DNA of 63,266 nucleotides, filler included, from Lenisia limosa (Eukaryota > Protista > Breviatea): assembly GCA_001655205.1 (NCBI GenBank). It is 8 parts of 8 records of this genome, joined end to end, with 100 filler letters (N's around TTAATTAATTAA, not from the genome) between each part and the next. Parts side by side here need not be neighbours in the genome. Positions count along the whole stretch, not along the records: positions 60,353 to 63,266 come from LPNZ01001443.1; 7 more parts are not named here. The stretch is one strand, 5' to 3'. Below are positions 63,141 to 63,266 of the stretch, in pieces. Under the pieces are notes generated by a model. It searched no databases. It was not told where the DNA came from and was given only the letters and a program-made list of their open reading frames with translations. Both the position numbers and the translations under genes were made by a program. The first letter of the stretch is position 1. Every line of letters starts with the position of its first letter.

Positions 63141-63266
63141 ACAAAATGCTATTATTCTGAAAGAGGGGGTTTCAAAAAATATTTTCGCGTAAGGAAACTA
63201 GGTGATCCCGGCCGGGTTCGATTCTGATCAAAAGATCTTTTTTTTTCGATTTTTTTATCTCCTCAT

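Overview
Intron-rich eukaryotic DNA from a flagellated/ciliated organism (it carries IFT140; AT-rich GT-AG introns, GC-richer exons). The window is not one contiguous locus: seven 100-nt artificial spacers (44 N + TTAATTAATTAA + 44 N) split it into eight contigs, so adjacency across spacers means nothing. Recognisable genes: COG3044-type ABC-class ATPase (partial), eIF4B/4H-like RRM protein, TVP38/TMEM64-like VTT protein, DNase II, Frag1/DRAM/TMEM150-like protein, secreted beta-lactamase-family hydrolase, IFT140, SET-domain methyltransferase, classical SDR, ankyrin protein, tRNA-Thr(AGT), plus several orphans including a very large GLUG-like repeat protein. Mobile DNA is dense: a decayed tyrosine-recombinase retrotransposon, an intron-containing pogo-like DDE transposase, hAT-type MITEs with 8-bp TSDs and a TA-flanked MITE. 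The most unusual observations are (i) an intron repeat family that is always sense to its host gene and in the best copy makes up a whole 122-nt GT-AG intron (introner-like), (ii) two consecutive introns of the ABC-ATPase gene that each host nested coding sequence, and (iii) introns bracketed by 5' G-runs and 3' C-runs. All gene models were built by eye, no database searches were run, and ends are approximate unless stated.
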